DNA from: Planctomycetota bacterium
Lineage (GTDB): Bacteria > Planctomycetota > JAJSAM01 > JAJVHW01
Length of the DNA stretch: 64,000 nt
Assembly: GCA_965248445.1 (NCBI GenBank)
Contig: CBDFJG010000001.1
Span: 416,001 to 480,000 of the forward strand
Direction of reading: 5' to 3'
Position 1 is the stretch's first letter, and each line of letters starts with the position of its first letter. The notes below the pieces were generated by a model. That model saw only the letters and a program-made list of their open reading frames with translations. It was not told where the DNA came from and searched no databases. The position numbers and the translations under genes are program-made. Below are positions 49,243 through 58,725 of the stretch, one piece after another.

Positions 49243-50792
49243 ACCGTCCAGAACGGTTTGGCCGCAGCCGCTTCCGCGACGCGCTTCTCGAGTCGGTCCG
49301 CGTCGGCATCCGCGGCGTGGGCGCACCAGCCCTCGACGATGCCGGCCGCACGATCCAGCTCGCGCGCTGCGGCGGGATCGGACGGGCGTCCGATGCGCTC
49401 CATGAGAGTGCCCGCCACGTACACGTCGTTCAGGCGGCCCAGTCCATCCTGCAGACGCGATAGGCGCCGCGCGAATCGGGCGGCCGGACGGCGCTTGTAC
49501 AGCGAGCCGAAGAACTCGACGCCGTAGCGCAGTTTCTTGACGTCGATCCGGAGCGCGTGTCGTTCCTCCGGCGGCGCCGTCGGGAAGCGCTTGGCCTTTT
49601 TGCGCAACTTGGCGAACAGGCGGCCGAGCAGTTGAGCGCCGAGCTCACGGGCGGGCACGAACAACCGCGCGGAGTCGGCCGAGAGCTCCTGACGCCGCCA
49701 ACCGCGGGTCGCGATCCACTCGCCGAAGACCAGCACGGTGTCCGTGAACATCGGATCCGAGACCGCCTGTCGAGCGTTGGCCCGCGCCCGTGTCCGCGCT
49801 TCGCCGAGAGCTGCCACCAGGTGCGACAGCGACTCCTCGGACGGCAGTGCACGCACGATGGGCGCGACGAGTTCGTCGACGACGACATCGAGGTCGCGGA
49901 TGGGGCCGAGTCGCGCACCCAGTGCCTTGAGCAGCGCGTTCATGCGGCCGTGCTCTGTGGCCGGAAGCACGCCCTTGAACGTCGAGAGCACAGATCGGGC
50001 GCGGCGGCAGCCGACGCGCATCTGATGAACACCCTCGACGTCGTCGTTCTGCATCAGCGGGCGCTCGTTGGCCACGATCTGCTCGAGGGCGGAACCGAAG
50101 ATCGCGACCAGCGCGTCGTCCACGGTGGAGTCGCGATCGAGTTCGACGGCCCGCGCGCGCACCGGCTCCGGGAGCACGCCGTCCGTCAGCCGATATCCGC
50201 GCGCCGCCTTCGAGTCGACGGAGACGCGCAGCGGGACGGACGCGCGGATCTCACGGGCGATCTCGTAGATCGCCTCCGGAGCACCTCGCACGAGTTCGAG
50301 TTCAACCTCGCAGATCGGCTCGCGGCGATCGCCTGAGACGACCTCGCCGACATCGATGTCGAGGCTGATCGCTCCGTCCGCGACGCCGGTGCTCAGCTCG
50401 CGGGACGACCGGCGGATGTCCGTCCGGAACAGAGGCACGAGCGGTCGTTCCCCCACGGCGGCCTGCACTCTGGCTCGCAGGACGATGTCAGGGATCGCAT
50501 TTATGTCCGGCTGGAGCCCCGGCACGCGGATCTCGCTCTCGACGCGCACCAGGATGCCACCCGCTGAGGCGGCGTCCGTCTTGGCGCACTGGATGTGCGT
50601 CCTGCCGCGGCGCCGCACGCGCAGGGCGATCCCCCGCCGCCGCAGATCCTGGCCGGGCGTGTCGTAGTAGACGCTGAGCAGGTGCAGGTGCCGTGGGCGC
50701 CCTGACGCCCGGGCACGCAACTCCGGGATGCGCCGCAGCCTGTTGACCTGCGTCGCGTCGGCCAGGAGTTTCAGTTCGATCTCATTCGCCAT
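49239..50792 (-). CDS. CYTH + CHAD domain protein (polyphosphate-related)
   Basis: EIELK, YYDTP, LRVR, EVELEL; VHQMRV, RDLDV, H.LRI.VKKLRY, LQDGLG.LND. Confidence 0.92.
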   Translation of the reverse strand: MANEIELKLLADATQVNRLRRIPELRARASGRPRHLHLLSVYYDTPGQDLRRRGIALRVRRRGRTHIQCAKTDAASAGGILVRVESEIRVPGLQPDINAIPDIVLRARVQAAVGERPLVPLFRTDIRRSSRELSTGVADGAISLDIDVGEVVSGDRREPICEVELELVRGAPEAIYEIAREIRASVPLRVSVDSKAARGYRLTDGVLPEPVRARAVELDRDSTVDDALVAIFGSALEQIVANERPLMQNDDVEGVHQMRVGCRRARSVLSTFKGVLPATEHGRMNALLKALGARLGPIRDLDVVVDELVAPIVRALPSEESLSHLVAALGEARTRARANARQAVSDPMFTDTVLVFGEWIATRGWRRQELSADSARLFVPARELGAQLLGRLFAKLRKKAKRFPTAPPEERHALRIDVKKLRYGVEFFGSLYKRRPAARFARRLSRLQDGLGRLNDVYVAGTLMERIGRPSDPAAARELDRAAGIVEGWCAHAADADADRLEKRVAEAAAAKPFWTV

Positions 50793-50910
50793 TCCTGCTC
50801 CCGATCTCCGGCGCCCCGACCCCGAGCGCCCTGCTGGATGTTCGCACACCGGGCTCCGAGACCCGATTCTGGTCGGCACGCGCAGGCGTAGCGTTAGCGT
50901 TGCGCTTGCA

Positions 50911-51495
50911 GTGAGTGAGTCAGCACAACCGTTCGTGACCGTGGTCACCGGCGTGCCCAGATCGGGCACGTCGATGATGATGCGGATGCTCGAACAGGGC
51001 GGGCTGCCGCCGCTCACCGACACGCTCCGGACGGCGGACCGGGACAACCCGAACGGATACTACGAGTTCGAACCCGTCAAGCGCCTCCCGGACGACACGT
51101 CCTGGCTGCCGGACGCGGAAGGGCATGCCGTCAAGATGGTCTACGCGCTGTTGCGCCATCTACCGCTCGACCGCCCGTACCGGGTCGTTCTGATGACGCG
51201 CAACCTGGACGAAGTCGTCCGCTCGCAGAACCGGATGCTCGAACGCCTAGGTCGCCCACCGCGGAAGATCGCCGACGAGAAGGCGGTGGCAATGTTCCGC
51301 TCGCACCTGGTGGACACCGAACGGTGGCTTGACGCCGCGCCGAGCGTCACGTGGCGCAAGCTCGACTACAACGACCTGCTGCGCGACCCGGGCGCGGTGC
51401 TCGCTACACTGAACGAGATGTTCGGTGGATCTCTTGACGTCCCGACCATGAGCGCAGTCGTCGATCCGGCTCTCTATCGCAACCGCATCGAGTAA
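50911..51495 (+). CDS. Sulfotransferase family protein
   Basis: GVPRSGTSMMM PAPS-binding loop, NPNGYYE, DP.LYRNR. Confidence 0.85.
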   Translation: MSESAQPFVTVVTGVPRSGTSMMMRMLEQGGLPPLTDTLRTADRDNPNGYYEFEPVKRLPDDTSWLPDAEGHAVKMVYALLRHLPLDRPYRVVLMTRNLDEVVRSQNRMLERLGRPPRKIADEKAVAMFRSHLVDTERWLDAAPSVTWRKLDYNDLLRDPGAVLATLNEMFGGSLDVPTMSAVVDPALYRNRIE

Positions 51496-51527
51496 CCGCA
51501 CGGCGTTGCCGCGCTGCGTAGCCGCGC

Positions 51528-51866
51528 CTACTCGAACGAGGCGATCGCGTCGTCGACCGTGGGGTGCACGGCGAACACCTCGAGGAGGCCGAGTGTCGAG
51601 AAGCACTTCTGAATGAGCGGGGGTGGCGCGGCGATCGCGAACCCGCCGCCGCTCTTCTGCGCAGCCTTGTGCGCCTCGAGCAAGAGGACGATGGAGCCCG
51701 AGTCGAGGAAGGACGTCTTGGCGAGGTCCAGCACGATGCGGCTACCCGCCTCGTCGATGACGCGCGTGAACGCGCCGGGAGTCGCTTCCATCGCGCCTCG
51801 ATCGAAGTCGCCCTCGACTCGCACGACAGTCACGTCTCCGCGCTCGTCACTCAAGATGCGCAGCAT
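51528..51866 (-). CDS. STAS domain anti-sigma-factor antagonist
   Basis: VRVEGDFD, VLDL...FLDSG. Confidence 0.88.
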   Translation of the reverse strand: MLRILSDERGDVTVVRVEGDFDRGAMEATPGAFTRVIDEAGSRIVLDLAKTSFLDSGSIVLLLEAHKAAQKSGGGFAIAAPPPLIQKCFSTLGLLEVFAVHPTVDDAIASFE

Positions 51867-51902
51867 CGCGTCTCCGCTCCGGTTCCGTTCCCCTACCCGC
51901 CC

Positions 51903-52919
51903 TTATGACGAGGCGAGCCCCTGCAGCAGTTCCCCGGCCTTGAAGATCAGTTTCAGCGACTTCTCGACCTGCTTGTTCACGGCCTTGGGCGGCTTTCCGC
52001 CGTCCAGCTTCGAGCGCGCCTTCTCCCGCGCGCGCTTCCCGCCTCCGAGCATACCGAGCGCGCGCGCCTCCGGGGGCTTCCGCTTCGTCGGAATCGCCGT
52101 CTCGACCTGAGCAGCCGCGTTCTCGATGTGCTCGATCGCCGCGGCAATCTCCACCCGGGCCTGGGCTCGATCCGGCGCGTCCTTCTCCAGCCGGTAGAGG
52201 GCGGAGAGCCCGTCATCCCCGGCCAGGAACGTCTCGTGCAGGGCGTGCTCGAACCCACCGACGCAGACGGCCGCCGTCTGCACGACGCGCAGGTCGTCGA
52301 ACACCACCTTGCCGGGCTTCGTGACCTGGAACACCCCGAGCGTCGGGTAGACGGGGAACGTCTGTCCCGCGGCCGCCACCTCGCCGACGAGGGTCCAGGG
52401 GGCCGACTCCGAGGCCCGGGCCTGGAACGTCACGATCGAACCACTGTGGTCGATGGCGACGTACAGCAGGTTCGCCCCCGCGAAGAACTCGTCGCCGACG
52501 GCGGACCCCGACAGGTGCGTGGCACCGAACGTCTGGAGTCCCCCGGCAGTGCGCAGCACGACCGACGAGTAGAACTCGGTGGGCGGTCGGGCACCGGGGA
52601 GGGCCATCTCGATCGAGAAGCGACCGTTGTCCTCGAGCTTCGCGGCCGCCTTGTCGTCGTTCGCGCCGAGACACGCCTCCACGCGGAACGGCGGATAGAG
52701 CGGCCGTTCGTAGACGAGCGAGCCGGCCGCCTGCGGCCCCTCGGGATCGAGGGGGCCCTTGAGCTTGCTCGCCGCCTCGACAAAGCGGTCGCCCTTCTTG
52801 CTCTTGATCTTCCACTTGATGTCGTTGCCGCGCTGCGAGACCTTCCCCCCGACGAGTGCGCATCCCGGAAGCACCCACAGTGCGATTGCGAGCGCGGCGA
52901 TCGTGGCCGTGATCCTCAA
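51903..52919 (-). CDS. Putative lipoprotein, hypothetical
   Basis: TTG start overlaps the MFS stop; GGAGG RBS; lipobox-like LPGC. Confidence 0.65.
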   Translation of the reverse strand: MRITATIAALAIALWVLPGCALVGGKVSQRGNDIKWKIKSKKGDRFVEAASKLKGPLDPEGPQAAGSLVYERPLYPPFRVEACLGANDDKAAAKLEDNGRFSIEMALPGARPPTEFYSSVVLRTAGGLQTFGATHLSGSAVGDEFFAGANLLYVAIDHSGSIVTFQARASESAPWTLVGEVAAAGQTFPVYPTLGVFQVTKPGKVVFDDLRVVQTAAVCVGGFEHALHETFLAGDDGLSALYRLEKDAPDRAQARVEIAAAIEHIENAAAQVETAIPTKRKPPEARALGMLGGGKRAREKARSKLDGGKPPKAVNKQVEKSLKLIFKAGELLQGLASS

Positions 52920-54127
52920 CTCTCCACCTCCGATCCCCAGGATACGCCACGGCCTCCGCGGTGCGTCACGCTCAACGCAAACCACGCGACCAGCGTGGCC
53001 GCTGTCATCACCCCGCCCACGACCAGGAGCACCGGGTGGAAGCCGTGGGCATCGACGCCCGCCCCGATGAAGGGGGCCATTCCGAAGAAGCACAGGCGGA
53101 AGATCAGGCTGCTGAGGGACAGGTAGCCAGCCCGGTCCTCGGATGGGACGCGCATCTGCTCCTCGTGCAGGAGCGCAGGCGAGCGAACGCCGCGCAGGAA
53201 CGTCAGGGCGAAGTACCAGACGAACCCGAACAGCCCAAACGAGAGGGCCATGCCGCCGTACCCCACGCCCACCAGCACCACGCACCCGAGCAGCGCGGGC
53301 AGGAGTCCGATGCGCGTGATGATGCGGTCGCTCCCGAGCGCGGCGAACGCGACTGTGAAGTTGGCGACCGCCCAGATCGGTCCGATCCACGCGTCGGGCA
53401 CGCCGGCTTCACGCGCGTAGAGCGGGAGCATCCAGACCGGGACGAACGTCGCGAGACCGAACGCGGTGCTCGCGAAGACGATCGCCGCCAGCTTGCGATC
53501 GCCGCCGAACACGCGCCCGAGCATTCGCACCATCTGCAGCATGTGTCCGCCCGAGGGCGGCTTCGGCCGCCGTGGCTCGACCAGCCGCAGCACGACGAAG
53601 AACGCCGCGATCCAGGCGACGACCTGCATCACGAACGGGAGCCGTGGCCACGCCGCATACAGCAGGCCCGCTGAGAGCGCGGCGACGGCCTCCGAACTCT
53701 GTCCGAAGAACCGCCTCCGTCCGTCCCACTTGCGGAACGAGCGTTCCTGTCCCGCCTCCCGCAGTGATTCGAACAGGAGCGCGACGTCGCAACCGGAGAT
53801 CAGCGCGAGGCCCGCACCGAGGATGATCTCCGCCAGCAGTGCGATGGCGAAGTCGTTCGCCACGACGTAGACGGACCAGCCCACCACCTGGAGACACACG
53901 GCGAGTAGCAGCGTGCGGCGGTACCCCAGCCGGTCCGCCACATAGCCGGACGGGAACTCGAGCGCCGCAACCGAGACCCCGAACAGACCCTGCAAGAGGA
54001 AGATCTCGCGCATCGACATGCCGAGTGCGTCTTGCCAGAAGAGCGTGACGATGGCGACCGGGAAGAGCGCCATCATCAGCGCCTGGAACGCCATCAGGAG
54101 ACGCGGGTTGCGGCTTGAGTCGTTCAC
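52916..54127 (-). CDS. MFS transporter
   Basis: EFPSGYVADRLGYR motif A, SG.D.ALLFESL, about 12 TM segments. Confidence 0.9.
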   Translation of the reverse strand: MNDSSRNPRLLMAFQALMMALFPVAIVTLFWQDALGMSMREIFLLQGLFGVSVAALEFPSGYVADRLGYRRTLLLAVCLQVVGWSVYVVANDFAIALLAEIILGAGLALISGCDVALLFESLREAGQERSFRKWDGRRRFFGQSSEAVAALSAGLLYAAWPRLPFVMQVVAWIAAFFVVLRLVEPRRPKPPSGGHMLQMVRMLGRVFGGDRKLAAIVFASTAFGLATFVPVWMLPLYAREAGVPDAWIGPIWAVANFTVAFAALGSDRIITRIGLLPALLGCVVLVGVGYGGMALSFGLFGFVWYFALTFLRGVRSPALLHEEQMRVPSEDRAGYLSLSSLIFRLCFFGMAPFIGAGVDAHGFHPVLLVVGGVMTAATLVAWFALSVTHRGGRGVSWGSEVES

Positions 54128-54202
54128 GCCGCCGAGGGTCGGCCGTGGGCACGGGCCGGGCGAGTTCTGCTCGCGCGCGCCGGCGAGACAGAATGCCATC
54201 GC

Positions 54203-54967
54203 GTGCGCGACCTGCTCTCCCGGCCGATACGACTCTCACTCGTCCTCGCGATCCTGGTCGCGGCGACCGGCGCAGTCTGGTCGTTCGGGCCGATCCCTCA
54301 AGACCAGGCGTACCACGCGTTCGCCGACACGCGCACCTGTCTCGGCTGCAGCAACTGCGGCGACGTGTTCTCGAACTTGCCGTTCTTGCTCGTCGGGTTC
54401 TTCGGCCTGCGCGCACTCTTGGCAGGACGCGTGGTCGTGCGGGCCCCGTGGGAGCGGCGCGCCTGGGGCGTCTTGTTCGCCGGCATTGCCCTCACAGCGT
54501 TCGGATCGGCGTACTACCACCTGGCACCGGACGACGCGCGACTGGCGTGGGACCGGTATCCGATGACGCTCGTGTTCACGTCACTGACAGCGCTGCTGGT
54601 GGGCGAGCGCGTCAGCCCGTGGCTGGGCAAGCACCTGCTCTGGCCGCTCATCATCGCCGGAGTCGGAAGCGTGGCGCTGTGGCGCTACGGCAACGGCGAT
54701 CTGCGGCTCTACGCGACCCTGCACTACGTCCCGCTCGCGGGCGTGCCGCTGCTGCTCTGGCTCTTCCCCCGCCGGTACACCCGCGCCCTCGACCTGCTCG
54801 TCTGCGGCGTGCTGTACGGCATCGCCAAGGCGACCGAGGCGCTCGACCACGAGGTCTTCGAGGCGCTCGGCATCGTCAGCGGCCACACGCTGAAGCACCT
54901 GTTCGCAGCCGCGTGCACCGCGATGCTCGTCGTGCATGCGGTCCGCCGCGAGCGGATCAGCGACTGA
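54203..54967 (+). CDS. Alkaline-ceramidase-like (CREST superfamily) membrane protein
   Basis: YHAFAD, SNLPF, GSAYYH, WDR.PM, SGHTLKH. Confidence 0.8.
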   Translation: MRDLLSRPIRLSLVLAILVAATGAVWSFGPIPQDQAYHAFADTRTCLGCSNCGDVFSNLPFLLVGFFGLRALLAGRVVVRAPWERRAWGVLFAGIALTAFGSAYYHLAPDDARLAWDRYPMTLVFTSLTALLVGERVSPWLGKHLLWPLIIAGVGSVALWRYGNGDLRLYATLHYVPLAGVPLLLWLFPRRYTRALDLLVCGVLYGIAKATEALDHEVFEALGIVSGHTLKHLFAAACTAMLVVHAVRRERISD

Positions 54968-55025
54968 CCGCGCGTGCGGTAGGCTGTCCCACTGTCCATC
55001 GCGACTGGAACCCGGAGAACCTCAG

Positions 55026-55451
55026 ATGAGCAGCAAGAAGGTCCTGATCGGCGCGGCGGTGCTGATCGTCGGCGTCGTCGGCTACGTGTCGGTGTTCATG
55101 GGTCACTCCGCCGCGTCCCTGACGCCCGTGGAGGCCGGCAGTACGGCCAAAGCCGGGTTGATCTCGTCCGGCGAAGCGGTGGATCTCGCAGCCCACGCGC
55201 GGGCACAGGGGCTGACCGTCTTCGAATTCATGTCGCCCATGTGAATGGGCTGCAAGGTGCTCGCGCCTCGGGTCGAGGCGCTCGTGAACGGCCGGGACGA
55301 CGCGACGCTGCGGGTCATCAACATCGGGGGCGGCAGTTCCGCCGTGGTCAACCAGTACCAGGTGCCGTCGGTCCCCTACCTCGTGCTCTACGAGGACGGC
55401 GTCGAGGTCGCGAGGGGCCGCGAAGAAGTGCTCGCCCGCCTGGGCGACTGA
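55026..55451 (+). CDS. Membrane-anchored thioredoxin-like selenoprotein (UMGC motif, Sec73)
   Basis: In-frame TGA at 55242-55244 occupies the first Cys position of the Trx motif (VFEFMSPM-U-MGC); cis-Pro VPYL downstream; SECIS-like hairpin. Confidence 0.88.
55245..55281 (+). promoter_or_regulatory. Bacterial SECIS-like element
   Basis: Stem GCGCCTCG (55263-55270)/CGAGGCGC (55274-55281); loop GGT begins 26 nt after the UGA. Confidence 0.7.
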
Positions 55452-57479
55452 TCAGTCCGCGGGCAGCACCCTGCGCAGCGGGTCGAGGGCCCGCGCCCGT
55501 GCGAGCAGCGCCTCCCGAACGTCTGCATCATCGGTGCGTCGCGCCGCGGCGTGGACCAGCGCGGCACGCAGGTGCGCCGGCAGCCGCACCTCGCGGGCCG
55601 GGAGCTGCGGCAGATCGTCGAGCAGTTCTCGCTTGAGGCTCGTCCTGGCAAACCCGGAGAGTCCGTTGAAGAGGATGTCCACGAGCGCGGTGTCGCCGCT
55701 CCGCACGAACTCGGCAGCGAGCTGGACCTTCGTCAGGTCACCCAACTGAACGAGCGGCTCCGGACCCGCCGACACCAGCGCTCGCGCCGCCGCGACCGCA
55801 GAATCCAAGTCCTGCGCCGTCAAGACGGTGATCTCGATGAGAGCGCGCGGCTCGTCCTCCAGCTCCGCCGCAAGCTCCCTGGCCACGGCCGCGTCTCCGC
55901 CCTCCGCCGCGAGCATCGCCCGCCCCCACGTCGAGAACGCTGCATCGCTGCCTTCCGGCGGCAGGAACGCGCTGACGGGCTTCGACTCGATGCCGGGGTG
56001 GAGCACACGGTTCCGCTGGTAGACCGGGAGCACGTCGAACTCGAGCTGGTGCGGCTCCATCTTGGCAAGACGCGCATCCAGCTCGTTGAGCGCTCCTTCC
56101 GCATCCCCCATCGCGGTCAGCGCGGTGGCCAAGTCGGAGAGCATGGTTACGTGCCGCGGCTGGTCCACCACGACGCGGTAGTGCGGGATCGACTCTTCGA
56201 AGAACCCGTTCGAGGACAGCGAGTGCGCGTAGCTGGCGTGGAGCCATGGCGAGCCGGGCGTGTTCTCCAGTCCCGCCTCATAGATGGCGCGAGACTCTCC
56301 GAGCGGCAGCAGACGCGCGAGCAGCATCGTGTTCTTCTCACTGGGGTCGGCTGCGTGCTGGGTACGGAACCGCTCGGTGAGTGCGGACGGACGTCGGCTG
56401 CGCAGCAGCACCGATTGGTGCAGCAACGCCACGTCGAAGTCGTCTGGCGCCAGTTCGGTCGCGCGCGGCGTCAGCGACTCGGCGAGAGCCGGTTCATCGG
56501 CCAGGTCGGCGAAGGTCGTGGCGGTCGTCACCGCATGTGAGTCGATCGGTGGAACGGTCGCCGCAGCGGCGGCCAAGCGCGCCGCCTCCTTCGAACGGTT
56601 GCGCTCGAGCCACCAGCTCGCGGTCCTCCACCACCCGCCCTCGGCTTGGTCCACCACCATGCGCGTTGCCACGTTCTTGCCGCGCGGGATCTCCACCTCG
56701 TCCGGTGTCGGCTCGAAGACGTGGTCGGCGTCCTCGTACACCTGCCACGCCGCGCCGGTCGGGATGTCCATGTGCTCGGCGGCGCTGGTCTCCTGCTCGG
56801 TCGCGTTGAAGGCGTACACGACCGCCCGACGGTGGACCGCCGCCGCACCGAGCGGGTTGTAGACGACCGCGTCCGCACGCCCGGGCACGTCGACGTCGCG
56901 CTCGTCCACGACATACCCTTCCGGCGTGATCGCAGAGACGTGCAGCGCACCCGCCGAGACCTCTACTTTGCGCACCTGACCGGGCTCGACGCGCAGCGCC
57001 TCCTCGCCGAGCCGGATGTCGAGTGCGACATCGAGTCCGTTCACGACGTGCACATCCGCTTCCGAGCCCGCCTTGAAGATGAAGATGGCGACCATGAGCA
57101 CGGCAAGGGCCGCCAGGGCGAGAACCCCGCGGCGCTTGCCCTTGGCGGACTCCGACATCGGGACCTTCCCGTGGAAGTACCAGCCCTTGTCCTCGGCATC
57201 GCTTACGAGGTACTGCGCGATCGGGAACACGGGGACCCAGAACACGCTGAACGCGAGCGTCTTGATGTACGTGCCGTCGTCCGCCGGCGACGAGCGTCCG
57301 TACATCCCGGTGCCGACGCCGTTCAATCGGCCCAGACTCGGCGGCTTACACTCCCGCACGTTCGCGCGCTGGTCGTCGAGGAACGCACCCTGCGCTTCGG
57401 ATCCCCGCATCGCCTCAGAAGCAAAGTCCTCGCCCGCGTGCCCGCCGAAGTCCTGATCGTCGCTCACAGACTCCTCCAT
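55452..57479 (-). CDS. Membrane protein with TPR-like helical region, hypothetical
   Basis: LNGVGTGMYG..FWVPVFPI..YLV N-terminal motif, TM segment, helical repeats. Confidence 0.7.
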   Translation of the reverse strand: MEESVSDDQDFGGHAGEDFASEAMRGSEAQGAFLDDQRANVRECKPPSLGRLNGVGTGMYGRSSPADDGTYIKTLAFSVFWVPVFPIAQYLVSDAEDKGWYFHGKVPMSESAKGKRRGVLALAALAVLMVAIFIFKAGSEADVHVVNGLDVALDIRLGEEALRVEPGQVRKVEVSAGALHVSAITPEGYVVDERDVDVPGRADAVVYNPLGAAAVHRRAVVYAFNATEQETSAAEHMDIPTGAAWQVYEDADHVFEPTPDEVEIPRGKNVATRMVVDQAEGGWWRTASWWLERNRSKEAARLAAAAATVPPIDSHAVTTATTFADLADEPALAESLTPRATELAPDDFDVALLHQSVLLRSRRPSALTERFRTQHAADPSEKNTMLLARLLPLGESRAIYEAGLENTPGSPWLHASYAHSLSSNGFFEESIPHYRVVVDQPRHVTMLSDLATALTAMGDAEGALNELDARLAKMEPHQLEFDVLPVYQRNRVLHPGIESKPVSAFLPPEGSDAAFSTWGRAMLAAEGGDAAVARELAAELEDEPRALIEITVLTAQDLDSAVAAARALVSAGPEPLVQLGDLTKVQLAAEFVRSGDTALVDILFNGLSGFARTSLKRELLDDLPQLPAREVRLPAHLRAALVHAAARRTDDADVREALLARARALDPLRRVLPAD

Positions 57480-57512
57480 CGGCAGGCTACGAGAGGGGAT
57501 TGACGCCGCGGC

Positions 57513-58715
57513 TCACTTCACCGGCGTCATGCGGTGAGCCGGCCACGGATCGCCAACCCGCCAGGTGAACTGCAACGGCTGGTGACCCAGCGCGGCGAGG
57601 GAGACTTCGATGACCAGATGGCGCCACGCCTCGTCCGCCTCGTCCTCGCCCATCACTCGCGCCTCGCTGACCGCTTCCACATGGGCCGCTTGGACGTCAA
57701 ACGGCTCGCCGTCCGACGTCACGACGTCGCTCAAGAGGTCTGCGACAGGCACCGAAAGGCCGACGTACACGGAGCCCTCGCGAACGCGTCGCCCGCTGAC
57801 CGCACAGCGGACGGTCGTGCCGCCCTCCGGCACCAGGTTGACGCGGCGCGACGCAACTCCGATGCGCGTCGCTTCGAGGATGGTTCCCAGGTCGAACCCC
57901 GAGCCATCGTCCTCGATGTCTCGAACCCGCCGCCCGCTGCTCCCCCCACGCCGCCCACCAAATCTCAGATTCCACTGCAATCGGTCGTGCCGACGGACCG
58001 ACGCCCAGTCCGGAGCAGTCGGAATTCGGCTCGACGAGTGGTTGTTCCGGCCAACGCCGCTCGTGACTCGGAAGATGCGTTCGCCACTGGCGGTGAACAC
58101 CAGCGCCCGCACCGGCAGAGTGCGAGGCATGGCGACGCGCAATGCAACCTCGTTCTCTCCGGACGAGATGGTGAAAGACGGAGGGTCCTCGGACGTGTGA
58201 CGCTGGAAGTCGCAGCGTGCGCGATACGTACCGGGAGGCAGGCCGGCGAGGACTTTGCCGTCGGTGGGAACGTGGCCGCTCCATTGAATGTGGTCCCCGG
58301 CGCTCCACCCGTCGTGCGCGGACACCCCGATCCGCCAGAGGTCGACCGCGACCGTCAACACCGGGCGCAGTGTCTCCCCGTCGACGAGACGCAGCCACAG
58401 AGTCGCGTCACCGCTGCCCTTCACTTCATCGGGGACTGTGCCCTCGTTACCGGGCAGGTACTCGGCGTCGGTAGCCTCCGCGTCGTCGACCTCGACGGAC
58501 GGCGCGTCCTGGGACGGCTGCGCCTCGAGGCGCACGCGGCCCGGCTCTACCTCCGCAGCAGGCGGCACGACCGTGATCGGAGCAGGGGGAGTGACCGGTA
58601 CACCGCCCGTCTCACCGCTGCACCGGTCGGAGAGCAGGACCAGGAGGATCAGCGCGACTACCGCCGCCAGGGTGCTCAGCGTGACGAGGTGAGGCAGGAG
58701 CCGGCGCCGTTCCAC
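57513..58715 (-). CDS. Membrane-anchored hypothetical protein (carboxypeptidase-regulatory-like)
   Basis: N-terminal TM, Pro-rich linker, LVDGET.RPV, GLPPGTY. Confidence 0.65.
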   Translation of the reverse strand: MERRRLLPHLVTLSTLAAVVALILLVLLSDRCSGETGGVPVTPPAPITVVPPAAEVEPGRVRLEAQPSQDAPSVEVDDAEATDAEYLPGNEGTVPDEVKGSGDATLWLRLVDGETLRPVLTVAVDLWRIGVSAHDGWSAGDHIQWSGHVPTDGKVLAGLPPGTYRARCDFQRHTSEDPPSFTISSGENEVALRVAMPRTLPVRALVFTASGERIFRVTSGVGRNNHSSSRIPTAPDWASVRRHDRLQWNLRFGGRRGGSSGRRVRDIEDDGSGFDLGTILEATRIGVASRRVNLVPEGGTTVRCAVSGRRVREGSVYVGLSVPVADLLSDVVTSDGEPFDVQAAHVEAVSEARVMGEDEADEAWRHLVIEVSLAALGHQPLQFTWRVGDPWPAHRMTPVK

Positions 58716-58725
58716 GGCGTGCAGA

